Shown piece after piece: positions 1 through 9,533 of a DNA stretch of 64,000 bases. Below the pieces are notes generated by a model. That model ran no database searches and was not told the DNA's origin. It was given only the letters and a program-made list of their open reading frames with translations. Position 1 is the stretch's first letter, and every line of letters starts with the position of its first letter. The DNA lies in assembly GCA_963722655.1 (NCBI GenBank), contig CAVRNT010000001.1, forward strand, positions 98,612 through 162,611, written 5' to 3'. A program made the translations under genes and the position numbers. Origin of the DNA: an uncultured bacterium (GTDB taxonomy: Bacteria > Patescibacteriota > Minisyncoccia > UBA6257 > GWB1-50-10).

Positions 1-110
1 GGCTTTACATCGCGAAGAACATCGTCGAAGGCCACGGCGGAAAGATCGGCGTCACGTCCGAGCCGGGACGCGGTAGCGAGTTTTGGTTCACCCTCCCGGT
101 CAAGAGATAG
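1..110 (+). CDS. Sensor histidine kinase, C-terminal end (5' partial)
   Basis: Frame 3 reads ...[35 protein letters not shown], which matches a HATPase_c G2-box tail; stop at 108-110. Confidence 0.5.
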   Translation, partial: LYIAKNIVEGHGGKIGVTSEPGRGSEFWFTLPVKR

Positions 111-113
111 ATC

Positions 114-653
114 ATGTCTGGTCACAGCCATTGGAAGCAGATCAAGATCCAAAAGGCGGTCACGGACAAAAAGAGGGGCGCCTCCTTCGGGAAGCTCTTG
201 AACGCGGTCTCAATCGCCGCTCGGGGGGAATCGAACCCGGACTTCAATCCCCGCCTCCGGACGCTCGTCGCGAAGGCCCGCGGGATCCAAGTCCCGCAGG
301 AGAACATCGACCGGGCGATCCAAAAGGCCAAGGATAAAAGCGCGAACCTGGAGGAGATTGTTCTAGAGTGCTATGGCCCGGGCGGGATCGCCGTTTTGAT
401 CAACGCGATCACCGACAACAGTAACCGGACTGTGAACGAGGTTAAGTTGACTCTCAAGGATTTCGGCACCAAGCTCGCCGAGCCGGGCAGCGTCCGTTGG
501 GGCTTCGAACCCAAAGGCGACGAATTCGGGGCCGTGCAGCCCAAGTTCACCCAAGACCCCGGCGCGGAGCGAGGTAAACTAGAGGCCATGATCGAGGCGC
601 TTGAGTACCTAGAAGATGTTCAGGCGGTCACGACGAACGCTTCACCACAATGA
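114..653 (+). CDS. YebC/PmpR-family probable transcriptional regulator (short form)
   Basis: 179 aa with N-terminal MSGHSHWKQIKIQKAVTDKKRG and YebC-like GPGG region; sits immediately upstream of ruvC with a 4-nt overlap, as is typical. Confidence 0.65.
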   Translation: MSGHSHWKQIKIQKAVTDKKRGASFGKLLNAVSIAARGESNPDFNPRLRTLVAKARGIQVPQENIDRAIQKAKDKSANLEEIVLECYGPGGIAVLINAITDNSNRTVNEVKLTLKDFGTKLAEPGSVRWGFEPKGDEFGAVQPKFTQDPGAERGKLEAMIEALEYLEDVQAVTTNASPQ

Positions 654-1129
654 AGGTCAGGATACTGGGCATCGATCCCGGCACGACCCGCATCGGCTAC
701 GGCCTCATTGAAAAGACCGGGATGGATCTGCGGCACGTCGAAAGCGGGCTTCTGCCTGTCCCGCCGAGCGGTCTCTCGCCGGCTGACCGGCTGTTGAAGA
801 TCGAATCCGCCCTCGGGGCGCTCATCGAAAGGGCGAAACCTAACATCGTGGGCGTCGAGAAGCTGTTCTTCACCAAGAACAAGAAAACGGCGATGCGGGT
901 CGCCGAGGCGCGCGGGGTCATATTGAAGACCGTGGCCCAAGCCGGGGTCCTCCTCGCCGAGGTGTCGCCCTCGGCCGTGAAGATCGCTGTCACGAGCGAC
1001 GGTCGGGCCGACAAGAAAGCGGTCGCCAAGATGACGAACCTGATTTTGCACATCCCGCCCCGCAGGGTGGTGGACGACGTGACGGACGCTCTCGCGATCG
1101 CCGTTGCCGCGAGCTCGAGCTACCCTTAA
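650..1129 (+). CDS. ruvC: Crossover junction endodeoxyribonuclease RuvC
   Basis: N-terminus MKVRILGIDPGTTRIGYGLIE; about 159 aa; follows yebC as expected. Confidence 0.8.
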   Translation: MKVRILGIDPGTTRIGYGLIEKTGMDLRHVESGLLPVPPSGLSPADRLLKIESALGALIERAKPNIVGVEKLFFTKNKKTAMRVAEARGVILKTVAQAGVLLAEVSPSAVKIAVTSDGRADKKAVAKMTNLILHIPPRRVVDDVTDALAIAVAASSSYP

Positions 1130-1131
1130 GA

Positions 1132-3603
1132 TCAGTGGTAAACGATTATATTGACTGAATTCGAGACCCCGGAAATATCCGTGGCCTTTATTGTTATCAG
1201 GTTTTGCGCCTCCAGGGAGTTGGCGACCACGTAGTTCAACGAGTAGTTCGTTCCTGCGACCTGAATGGTCTTCAGAACGGCGCCGTTCAGATCGATCTCC
1301 ACCGACGTGAGGTTAGTGACCGAAGAGATGTCGGCTCTCACATTGAGCGGTGAGGCGGCGAAAGATCCGTTCGTCGGGTAGACGTTCCCGATCGTCGCGC
1401 CGCTCCCTCCGCTTTGACTTCCCCAAGCGGCGGCTGGAACGGGTTTGTTGTACGTGGTGGCGAAGTCCGGAATGTTCGCTGCGGCCCAACTTAAGACCCC
1501 CGTCTCCCAATTGGTAAACTGGGGATCGTTAGCTGGATTCTGGGGTACCGGGCCCAAGGGGTCGCTTTTGTCAACGTAATAGAGCAGATCGTGGATCTGG
1601 GGGTAATTCACCCCGCCCACGGAAGGGTTCGCGATGTAGCTGCCGTTCAGCATCGGCTTGGACGATGGCGGGAGCGGGTCGGGGTGATTGAAGAGCTCCG
1701 GCGGATAGTTCGGGAGCACCTGGTTCAAGAAGGCGCTCCACATCGGGACGGCGGCCAAGATGCTGCTGCCGCTCCGCTGCATCGGCGTATTATCGCTGTT
1801 CCCCGCCCAAACGCCGACGGCGAGCGACGGGGTGTACCCGAAAGCCCAAGCGTCGCGATAATCGTTCGTGGTACCGGTTTTGAGGGCCACGTCGCGCCCC
1901 GGAAACACGGTAAGGGGCAAACTGGCCCCCATGAGCCCTGCCCGAAGGTCGACGTCGGAGAGGATCTGGTTCACGAGCCGGGGATACTCCAGGTCGACGA
2001 CGCGGGAAGAGCTATCGTTGTACGATTCAAGGACGTTGCCGCTGCTGTCCTTGACCTCAAGGACCATCGCCTGGGCGTGATGGACCCCCTCCGTGGCCAA
2101 GGTCGAGTAAGCGCCGACAAGGTCGGCCAACTTCACTTCCCCGCCACCGAGGACTAGGGAGAGGCCGTAGCGCCACGGCTCGGTGAGCGTCGTGACGCCG
2201 AACTGATTAAGGGTGTTGATGAGGTTTTGGAGACCGACGAGGTAGAGGACCTTAACGGCGGCGACGTTCACTGACTGGGCCAAGGCTTGGGCGAAGGGGA
2301 TGGGCCCTTGGAACGGATCGAAATCCTGGGGATGGAAGCATTCGCTGTTCGGGTCCGCCGGTGCGTCGAAGTTCGGAATGGCCGGGCAGTTGGGATCGTT
2401 CGAGACGAACTCGGTCGGGACGTCGAAGACCATTGTACTCGGCGAATAACCCTTCTCGAAGGCTAGGGTGTAGGCGAATGGTTTCAAACTCGATCCGGGC
2501 TGGCGCAGACCCTGGAGGGCGACGTCGAAGTTACCGTCAATGGCCGCGTTGAAATAATCGGCTGAACCGACGAGGGCGAGAATCTGACCGGTCTTCGGGT
2601 CTTCAGCCACCAAACTCCCGTTCGTGCTCGCGTAAAGTTTGGTGTTTCGGGCGACCCCGTCCGTCACCGCCTTCTCGGCGGCCTGCTGCATCGGCCAATC
2701 GAGCGTCGTCGTGACCTTGAGCCCGCCGTTCAGGACCTCGTCCTCGCCGTACTTGCCGACGAGATAGTCTTTGACCGCGAGAACGAAGTGGGGGGCCTTG
2801 ATGGTCCCGAGGGAGGCCGGCGCGAAGGTTATCGTTTGGGCTTTGGCCGCATCGCGCTCTTTGGCCGTGATGTAACCCAACTCGGCCATTCGGTCTAAAG
2901 CGTAATCCTTCCGGGCCAAGAGCTCCGAAACATGGTCGCCCCAAGGCGAGTAATAGCTCGGAGCTTGGGGAAGGGAGGCGAGGACGGCGGACTCGGCGAG
3001 CGTCAGGTTATTGGCGGATTTGTTGAAATAGGTCTGGCTGGCGGCCTCGATACCGTAGGCATTCGAGCCATAAGGAATCTGGTTAAGGTAAAAATCAAGT
3101 ATCTGGTCCTTGGAGTATTTCGTCTCGAGCTCGAAAGCGAGGATTATCTCGTTCACCTTGCGGGTGATGGTCTTCTCCGGGGAAAGGAAGGCGTTTCGGG
3201 CGAGCTGTTGGGTGATGGTCGACGCGCCCTGGACGAAGCCGCCGGCCCGAACGTCGGCCCAAACGGCTCGGAGAATACCAAGAGGGTCGATGGCCGGTCG
3301 GGTGTAGAAGCTAGCGTCTTCAAGGGCGATGGTCGCCTCCTTGACGGTGGAGGGGATGTCGGTGAATGGGACCACCGTCCGCTTCTCCTCACCGTGAATC
3401 TCGTAGAGAAGGGTGGTGTCGGTGCGATCGTAGATCTTGGTGGACTGGCTGACTTCCCGAGTGGAGAACTGCTCCGGCGTCGGGAGGGTTCTGATCGCGA
3501 TCACGACGTAAACCGTGCCAGCGACGGCCACGCTCACGGCGAAAAAAAATCCCAGAACTAGGATTGAGAGCCAGAGCTTGCGACGGTTACCAAATCGTTC
3601 CAC
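1132..3603 (-). CDS. Class A penicillin-binding protein (transglycosylase/transpeptidase) with extra C-terminal domain
   Basis: 823 aa. N-terminal TM helix, a GT51 motif region (EDASFYTRPAIDPLGILRA...QGASTITQQLARN) and a transpeptidase region (KTGTTND). The C-terminal ~200 aa are Ser/Thr/Asn-rich. Confidence 0.8.
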   Translation of the reverse strand: MERFGNRRKLWLSILVLGFFFAVSVAVAGTVYVVIAIRTLPTPEQFSTREVSQSTKIYDRTDTTLLYEIHGEEKRTVVPFTDIPSTVKEATIALEDASFYTRPAIDPLGILRAVWADVRAGGFVQGASTITQQLARNAFLSPEKTITRKVNEIILAFELETKYSKDQILDFYLNQIPYGSNAYGIEAASQTYFNKSANNLTLAESAVLASLPQAPSYYSPWGDHVSELLARKDYALDRMAELGYITAKERDAAKAQTITFAPASLGTIKAPHFVLAVKDYLVGKYGEDEVLNGGLKVTTTLDWPMQQAAEKAVTDGVARNTKLYASTNGSLVAEDPKTGQILALVGSADYFNAAIDGNFDVALQGLRQPGSSLKPFAYTLAFEKGYSPSTMVFDVPTEFVSNDPNCPAIPNFDAPADPNSECFHPQDFDPFQGPIPFAQALAQSVNVAAVKVLYLVGLQNLINTLNQFGVTTLTEPWRYGLSLVLGGGEVKLADLVGAYSTLATEGVHHAQAMVLEVKDSSGNVLESYNDSSSRVVDLEYPRLVNQILSDVDLRAGLMGASLPLTVFPGRDVALKTGTTNDYRDAWAFGYTPSLAVGVWAGNSDNTPMQRSGSSILAAVPMWSAFLNQVLPNYPPELFNHPDPLPPSSKPMLNGSYIANPSVGGVNYPQIHDLLYYVDKSDPLGPVPQNPANDPQFTNWETGVLSWAAANIPDFATTYNKPVPAAAWGSQSGGSGATIGNVYPTNGSFAASPLNVRADISSVTNLTSVEIDLNGAVLKTIQVAGTNYSLNYVVANSLEAQNLITIKATDISGVSNSVNIIVYH

Positions 3604-3638
3604 AGATTTATCTTATAACGCTTTATCGCGACTGACCA

Positions 3639-3674
3639 GAGAAAAGAAAACACCGCCGGGGAGCGGTGTTTTCG
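3639..3674. terminator. Hairpin ACACCGC-cgggga-GCGGTGT flanked by T/A tracts (bidirectional terminator candidate)
   Basis: 7-bp GC-rich stem read directly; T-tract on the + side and A-tract (U on the minus transcript) on the other. Lies between the small acidic ORF and the PBP gene. Confidence 0.35.
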
Positions 3675-3685
3675 TGGGGGTCGTT

Positions 3686-3868
3686 TTAATATTCCTCCGG
3701 TTCTATGTCGTCGCCTTGGTAATCGTTGCTCCCGACGCTCGAACCGGAATCCTCTCCCGGCAAGCCGATCTCTTCGGGCGTTTCCACCACTTCGTCCCCA
3801 CCTTCCTCAATGAGATCGTCGTCGTTTTTCGCTGACATCTTAGGGGGATTTAAAACAAACGTTTCCAT
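3686..3868 (-). CDS. Small acidic hypothetical protein
   Basis: 60-aa ORF, highly acidic (DDDLIEEGGDEVVETPEE); only the ORF supports it. Confidence 0.25.
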   Translation of the reverse strand: METFVLNPPKMSAKNDDDLIEEGGDEVVETPEEIGLPGEDSGSSVGSNDYQGDDIEPEEY

Positions 3869-3945
3869 AGTCGCTGATATTCTCGACCTTTTGAACTCAA
3901 TGGGGAGAGTATAGGAAAGTATTTTAAATTGTCAACGGTCCGGCC

Positions 3946-5049
3946 CTAGCCCTTGATGGGCATCGCGACGTAGGTGGTGGTTTTGTCGCCTTCGCCGCTC
4001 AAGACGATTGGTTTTTCCGATGAGTTGAAGCCTAGGACGACGTTCCCGGTCCTTTGGATCTTCAGCCCGTCCAAGATGTAGCGCCAATTGAAGACGATTG
4101 AGAACTTGTCGCCGGAAAGCTTCACCGGAACTTTGTAGTTGTTCTCGCCGACCGAGGCGTCCGCCGCGTAGATCTCGAGGAACTTTTTATTCTCTCCGAT
4201 CCGGATTGTGATGTCATTGCTTTTACCCGAGAAGGTGCTCGCCAGTTTCACCGCGTTCAATATCTCCTGCTTGTCCAGAACGACCTTCGTCTTGCAGTCC
4301 TTCGGCACCACCGCCTTATAGTCCGGGAATTTTCCGTCGATGAGACGGGAGACCAAACGCCTGTTTTGGTCCTTGAACATCGCTTGGTTCTGATCGAGGA
4401 ACACTTCAATGGGTTCGCTGTCGCCGAAAACCCTCGGTATCTCACTCGCGGTCTTGAGGGGGAGGATAACAGAAAAATCGGAGCGTTTCCCCTCAATCTT
4501 CTCGCCGCTCAAGGTCCTTTCCGCCAAACGAAAACCGTCGGTCGCGACGAACTCGATCTCTTCGCCGTCGAACGCGATGAGCACGCCGCTGATCTCCGGC
4601 CGGATTTCCGAATACTGGGCGGAGGTGATCACGCTCCCAATCGCCTCCCGGAGCTCCTTGGCGTCGATCTTGAACGGCTCCCCGCCGTCGACGGCGGGAA
4701 TAATCGGGAAGTCGCCGGCATCCTGACCCTGGATTACCGCCTCGTAGTTGTCGGTGGTGACGGTGATTTTACCGCCCTTCTCCTCGATCGCGACCCGTTC
4801 GGCGGCGAGATTTCTCAAGATCGAGCTGAAGACCGAGAACGGTGCCGCCACCGCGCCGGATTCTATAATTTTTCCCGGGACGACGCACTCGACCGCCAAC
4901 TCGAGGTTCGTCGAGGTGAGAATGATCCTTCCGCCGTCGGTCTTGAAGAGGAAACTTTTAAGGATCGGCAAATTGGAATTTTCCCCGACGCCGCGCTCAA
5001 TAACCCCAAGGGCCTCTATTAAGTTCGTTCTTAGTATTATTAACTTCAT
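3946..5049 (-). CDS. dnaN: DNA polymerase III beta subunit (sliding clamp)
   Basis: 367 aa, MKLIILRTNLIEALGVIERGVGENSNLPILKSFLF...; lies immediately downstream of dnaA in the canonical dnaA-dnaN order. Confidence 0.85.
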   Translation of the reverse strand: MKLIILRTNLIEALGVIERGVGENSNLPILKSFLFKTDGGRIILTSTNLELAVECVVPGKIIESGAVAAPFSVFSSILRNLAAERVAIEEKGGKITVTTDNYEAVIQGQDAGDFPIIPAVDGGEPFKIDAKELREAIGSVITSAQYSEIRPEISGVLIAFDGEEIEFVATDGFRLAERTLSGEKIEGKRSDFSVILPLKTASEIPRVFGDSEPIEVFLDQNQAMFKDQNRRLVSRLIDGKFPDYKAVVPKDCKTKVVLDKQEILNAVKLASTFSGKSNDITIRIGENKKFLEIYAADASVGENNYKVPVKLSGDKFSIVFNWRYILDGLKIQRTGNVVLGFNSSEKPIVLSGEGDKTTTYVAMPIKG

Positions 5050-5212
5050 AGTAGTCGTAGTAGATGAGCCGTTTATGTGGAAAAGTCTTCTTCTTCTGAT
5101 TTTTATTGAGGTTTCGAGTGTTTTATATTTTGAAAACTGTTGATAATCGGTTGCGCTGTGTTGATGCTTTTACGCCACCTCCCCGAAAGCTCAGTTTTTC
5201 AAAACAGGACAT

Positions 5213-6595
5213 TCACATCTTATACAGCCGCTCCTTGATCAAAAGTATCTTCTGGTTCAACCCTGGATTTTGGCTCACCTCCCTGGTTATTTTATCGCAG
5301 GCGTGGATGGCAGTCGTGTGATCCCGTTTCCCCAACCGATCACCGATGTGAGGATAGGACATTTTAAGTATCTCGCGCATCAAATACATCGATATTTGAC
5401 GCGGCTCCACCACTTCTTGTTTGCGGCTCCTCTGGGTCATATCACCGACCGGCACCTCGAAGAATTCCGCAACCGTCTTTACGATGTCGTTCGGGGTGAT
5501 GTTCTTTGGTGTCACCTGGACGGCTTCGTTGATTATTTCATCCAACTTCTTGCCGTCCAAGCCACCCTTTTTATACTGGCTGTAGAAGGCCACCTTGTTC
5601 AAGACCCCCTCGAGCTCTCGGATGTTCTTTTGAACCCGGGCGGCGATCTGTTCCATCACCTTGTCCTCCACCACAACGCCCATCCCCTTGGATTTAGTCT
5701 TGAGTATTGCGAGGCGCATCTCGTAATCCGGATAGCCGATGTCGATGATCATCCCTCCTTCAAACCTCGACCGGAGACGCTCCTCGAGGGTGGGAATTGC
5801 GGAAGGCGGCCGGTCCGAGGAGATGATGATCTGTTTGTTGTTTTCGTAAAGAGTATTGAAGGTGTAGAAAAACTCCTGTTCGGTGGCGGTCTTGCCGCCG
5901 ATGAACTGGATGTCGTCGACGATGAGGACATCGATGTCGCGGTATTTTTTCTTCACGTCGTCCATCCGCTTGTTCCGGACCGCCCAAACGACGTCGTTGA
6001 TGAACTTCTCCGATGAGACGTAAAGGACCGCCACTTGATTCTTGTAGGTGTTCAAGATCTCGTTGCCGGTCGCTTGAATGATGTGGGTTTTACCGAGTCC
6101 GACGCCGCCGTAGAAAAAGAGCGGGTTGTACTTCTTCCCGACGTTCCTCACGACCGCCTGGGCGGCGGCGTAAGCCAGCTCGTTCGAGGAACCGACGATG
6201 AACGTCTTGAAGTCGTAGCGGGGGTTCAGGTTGGTCTTCGGGTCCGTCTTGAGCTCGATGAGCTCGGCTTGCGGCGCGACCACCTCTTGGGCGTCGCTCC
6301 GCGGTCTCTTGTTGGGGGCGCTCGCGGCCGGATTCGGATTGTTCTGGTTCACCACGACGTAGTCGATGTTCTTGATCGATCCGTCGAGGTTGCGCAGCGA
6401 CCCGAGGATGATCTTGTGGTACCGGCTCTTTACCCACTCTTTGGCGAAGTTGTTCGGCAAACCCACGAGCGCCACCCCCTCCCTGTCGTCCTTCCCGAGG
6501 AACTGGCTGTTCTTGAGCCAAGTTAAAAAATTCGGTCGGGAAATCTGAAGCTCGATATCTCCGAGAACTGTTTGCCAAACGTCTTTAGGATTCAT
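5213..6595 (-). CDS. dnaA: Chromosomal replication initiator DnaA
   Basis: 460 aa. Walker A GGVGLGKTHI, AAA+ region (IDVLIVDDIQF) and a C-terminal DnaA-box-binding HTH (SMYLMREILKMSYPHIGDRLGKRDHTTAIHAC). Confidence 0.9.
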   Translation of the reverse strand: MNPKDVWQTVLGDIELQISRPNFLTWLKNSQFLGKDDREGVALVGLPNNFAKEWVKSRYHKIILGSLRNLDGSIKNIDYVVVNQNNPNPAASAPNKRPRSDAQEVVAPQAELIELKTDPKTNLNPRYDFKTFIVGSSNELAYAAAQAVVRNVGKKYNPLFFYGGVGLGKTHIIQATGNEILNTYKNQVAVLYVSSEKFINDVVWAVRNKRMDDVKKKYRDIDVLIVDDIQFIGGKTATEQEFFYTFNTLYENNKQIIISSDRPPSAIPTLEERLRSRFEGGMIIDIGYPDYEMRLAILKTKSKGMGVVVEDKVMEQIAARVQKNIRELEGVLNKVAFYSQYKKGGLDGKKLDEIINEAVQVTPKNITPNDIVKTVAEFFEVPVGDMTQRSRKQEVVEPRQISMYLMREILKMSYPHIGDRLGKRDHTTAIHACDKITREVSQNPGLNQKILLIKERLYKM

Positions 6596-6835
6596 CCTGT
6601 TATTAGAAGCTTGGTTTTGGGAAAACTTCGACTGGTTTCAATAAATCGATTTGGAAAATTGAGTTCAAGTTTATTTTTACCAAAGCCTCTAACAGGATTC
6701 ATGATCTTTTAACGGTTTGCACTTCAGGTTCATCATAGTGATATTTTGGGACGGCGCAACGTTGCGATAAGACCCTAACTGTGCTTTAATTGTGCATTAT
6801 CTGTTGATAGTCGCAACGGGGTATAATCAGAAAAG
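6596..6835. promoter_or_regulatory. Candidate oriC/divergent promoter region between dnaA and rpmH
   Basis: AT-rich 240-nt intergenic region with DnaA-box-like 9-mers (TGTTGATAG, a 1-2 mismatch variant of TGTGGATAA) and TATAAT at 6822-6827 just upstream of rpmH. Confidence 0.3.
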
Positions 6836-6970
6836 ATGAGCGTCACTTATCAGCCGAAAAAGAGAAAGCGAGCGCGGACCCACGGGTTCATTCGCCGGAA
6901 GGGGTCGGCGACCGGCCGCGGCGTCCTTAAGGCTCGCCGCCGCAAGGGCCGCCGCCGGCTCACGGTTTAA
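6836..6970 (+). CDS. rpmH: 50S ribosomal protein L34
   Basis: 44-aa basic peptide [44 protein letters not shown]; not in the ORF track (<60 aa) and found by hand upstream of rnpA. Confidence 0.8.
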   Translation: MSVTYQPKKRKRARTHGFIRRKGSATGRGVLKARRRKGRRRLTV

Positions 6971-6972
6971 GC

Positions 6973-7230
6973 GTGGAACTCTCGCTTAAATCGAGGGCTT
7001 GCCGGAGCGGCCGGCCGAAGGTCTTGGTGGTGGTCGGAAAGGCGACCCTTAAAAAGGCCTCGGCGCGCAATCTCCTCAAAAGGCGCCTCCGGGCGCTCCT
7101 CGCGCGGCAGGCGCTCGCGAACCGGACGGACCTGACTATCTACATCAAAGGGAGAGCGGGAAAGATCGGCTTCAGCGAGCTTAAAGAGAGATTGGCTGGA
7201 GCATTTAAAAAACATGGGAGCGATTTTTGA
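6973..7230 (+). CDS. rnpA: RNase P protein component
   Basis: Small basic protein in the rpmH-rnpA-yidC context; KVLVVVGKATLKKASARNLLKRRLRAL resembles RnpA. May use an alternative start. Confidence 0.55.
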   Translation: MELSLKSRACRSGRPKVLVVVGKATLKKASARNLLKRRLRALLARQALANRTDLTIYIKGRAGKIGFSELKERLAGAFKKHGSDF

Positions 7231-7873
7231 CGCCATAATCTATCAACCGATCCTCTGGGTATTGGTCTTTTTGTATCAAAACGCCTCTTTCGGCGACCTC
7301 GGAGTCGCGATTATCCTCCTTACGATAATTGTCCGGTTGATTCTCCTTCCGCTTTTCTACAAGGGGGCCAAAGACCAGACTGTCCTCCAGCGACTTCAGC
7401 CACACATCAAGAAGATCCAGTTGGACCACAAGGACGACAAGGAGAAACAGGCGCGGGCGATGATGGAACTCTATAAGACGAACAAGGTCAATCCGTTCTC
7501 CGGTTTTCTCCTCCTTCTTCTCCAGCTTCCCATCTTCATAGCCCTCTTCGAGATATTCACCAAAGGGATAACGTCGGTCGGTTTCGCTAACCCAACCCTC
7601 TTCGGGATGGACTTGGCGGCGAAGAGTATCGTCCTCGCGGCGGTCGCGGCCGCCCTCCAGTACCTTCAGGCGCGTCTTACGATGCCGACGAAGAGCATGG
7701 AGACCGCCCAGCGGATGATGGTGTTTTTGGGACCGGCAGTGACGATTATTGTCCTTTGGAACCTCCCGGCGGCCCTCAGCCTGTACTGGAGCGTCTCAAA
7801 CTTGTTTTCCTTGGGCCAGCAGGTCTATATTAATAAAAAACTCGCTCCCCTGCCGGACGAGCCGAAGAAATAA
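7214..7873 (+). CDS. yidC: Membrane protein insertase YidC (short form)
   Basis: 219 aa, polytopic, YidC/Oxa1 core; position follows rnpA. Confidence 0.8.
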   Translation: MGAIFDAIIYQPILWVLVFLYQNASFGDLGVAIILLTIIVRLILLPLFYKGAKDQTVLQRLQPHIKKIQLDHKDDKEKQARAMMELYKTNKVNPFSGFLLLLLQLPIFIALFEIFTKGITSVGFANPTLFGMDLAAKSIVLAAVAAALQYLQARLTMPTKSMETAQRMMVFLGPAVTIIVLWNLPAALSLYWSVSNLFSLGQQVYINKKLAPLPDEPKK

Positions 7874-7878
7874 CGACA

Positions 7879-8307
7879 ATGGACCTCAAAGAACAGGTAC
7901 AATCACTGGTTGAGAAAATGGGCTTCCCGGAAGCCCAAATTTCCGTCGATGACGAACACCACAAGGTCTCGATCGTTATTGATGACGAAGCGGTGCGGGC
8001 CCAACTCCCCAATCTCCTGCCGGCCCTGGAGCATCTCGTGAACCTCATCCTCCGCAAAGTGAAATCCCCGGCCTACGTCGTGGATTTGAATTACTACCGC
8101 CGCGAGCGCGAGCGGCTCATCGTCGAGCTAGCGAAGGCCGCCGCGAAGAAGGCGGCAATGACGAAGGGCGAAGTGGCCCTGCCCCCGATGAACGCCTACG
8201 AAAGGCGTTTGGTCCACGTGGAGATATCGACGAACCCCGACCTTAAGACCGAGAGCGTCGGCGCCGGCAAGGACCGGCACATCGTCATCCAGCCGACGAA
8301 CCTTTAA
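7879..8307 (+). CDS. Jag/KhpB-like R3H-domain RNA-binding protein
   Basis: 142 aa with C-terminal R3H-like region (YERRLVHVEIS...DRHIVIQ); follows yidC as is typical. Confidence 0.7.
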   Translation: MDLKEQVQSLVEKMGFPEAQISVDDEHHKVSIVIDDEAVRAQLPNLLPALEHLVNLILRKVKSPAYVVDLNYYRRERERLIVELAKAAAKKAAMTKGEVALPPMNAYERRLVHVEISTNPDLKTESVGAGKDRHIVIQPTNL

Positions 8308-9518
8308 TCCCCCGTTACGGGGATACTCCCACTTGCATTAGGCGTGGCGGGCAGCGGCAGCGGATTATTTCCGATATTGAGTGCATAGAGGTAGTTATCG
8401 AATCGGTTAATGAAATAAAGATTACCGCCGGCGATAGCCGGTTTTCCCGCGTCTAGCGGACCGCTGTTTGCGGCGAGCGGCAGAAGAGTGGAGACACCAC
8501 TTACGGTATCAACGCCGTAAAGGACGTCGTTGGAGTAGACCTTCCTCTCGAGATAATCGTCGGGCAGTGAGGCGCTCTTGAAATTGCTATTCGTCGGAAC
8601 GAAGCAATAAACGATCGAGCCGGAGTTCAGCGAGCACTTTGAGGGAAGAGTGATGAAAGGTATCGGCGCGACGTTCTGCAGGGTTTGACTCTTGAGGACC
8701 TGGAACCCGCTCGCCGAGGAATAGGTTATGAGAGTTGAACCATCATTCGTGAGTTCGGTGATTAGGCCGTTTAGCGGACCCATTAAGAGATTGATCGCGG
8801 ATGTTTTAATGTTAAAACTCCAAATCCTTCCACCATAGTTCGCGTTCCCCTTCTCCTTGATGAGGAGCGTGCTTGGCGGAACGAAATCAAATGAGGTGTC
8901 CAGTAATCGGAGGTCGTTCACAAGTACCCTTGGTTTCGGGGGCGTTTTTGTGAGGTCGAGCGTCACCAAATTGACATTAGACCCGTTCTGCTCGGTCGCC
9001 ACGAGCGTGTCGGAGTCCGCTCCCCAGGTCGCGTTCAAGATGTTAGCTGGCAGGGGTCGCCAAACCTGGTCAATGGCGTCGTAAATTCCCCAACTCGGCA
9101 GACGCGGGTCGCCGAAGGCGGCCAGGATGGATTTCCCATCCGGACTTTGTTTGATGAAGTTCACGGCGCTCACACCCTGCTGGGTGATCTGGGGATTCTT
9201 CTCTCCCGACTCGGCCTGCCAGACGATGCCACCTTGGTCCAAATAGAAGACCTCGCCCGTTCCTGGGTCGGTCCAGAAGAACGAAACCGGTTTATCCGAT
9301 ACCCTAATTAGAGCTCCGATAGTCGTCGTTGCTCCCACCGAGGGAATGCCACCGCCGCTAGTACTGGTACTGGTCAATCCGGCGAGGGGGAAATAGGGTG
9401 CGCTCGTCGGGCTGACCGGAGTCGGTTTCGTCGTAGTGCTCGTCCAGATAAAGTAAATTAAGAGACCAACAATTATAATCGCACTGACGACAATAATTAA
9501 TTTTACATAAGGTTTCAT
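8304..9518 (-). CDS. Secreted/membrane-anchored hypothetical protein, beta-propeller-like (first gene boundary of T4SS-like operon)
   Basis: 404 aa. N-terminal TM helix (LIIVVSAIIIVGLLIYFIW), then a Thr/Ser-rich linker, then PD40/TolB-like repeat character. Confidence 0.4.
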   Translation of the reverse strand: MKPYVKLIIVVSAIIIVGLLIYFIWTSTTTKPTPVSPTSAPYFPLAGLTSTSTSGGGIPSVGATTTIGALIRVSDKPVSFFWTDPGTGEVFYLDQGGIVWQAESGEKNPQITQQGVSAVNFIKQSPDGKSILAAFGDPRLPSWGIYDAIDQVWRPLPANILNATWGADSDTLVATEQNGSNVNLVTLDLTKTPPKPRVLVNDLRLLDTSFDFVPPSTLLIKEKGNANYGGRIWSFNIKTSAINLLMGPLNGLITELTNDGSTLITYSSASGFQVLKSQTLQNVAPIPFITLPSKCSLNSGSIVYCFVPTNSNFKSASLPDDYLERKVYSNDVLYGVDTVSGVSTLLPLAANSGPLDAGKPAIAGGNLYFINRFDNYLYALNIGNNPLPLPATPNASGSIPVTGD

Positions 9519-9533
9519 GGCGATGATACGTCG

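Noticed and set aside
1591-2157. Long antisense and alternative-frame ORFs inside PBP, dnaA, gyrA, pnp, ftsH, valS and similar genes. Examples from the ORF track: 1591-2157, 5270-6016, 6035-6526, 24882-25532, 35777-36415, 38272-39060, 39474-40415, 51531-52616.
   Set aside because: These are typical shadow ORFs of high-GC coding DNA. The products are Arg/Pro/Gly-rich low-complexity, and they overlap well-supported genes on the other strand or frame.
5100-5160. Exact consensus DnaA boxes (TTATCCACA) in the dnaA-dnaN spacer.
   Set aside because: Only 1-2-mismatch variants were found by eye (for example TGTTGATAA, TTATGTGGA), so I report the region only as a low-confidence oriC candidate.
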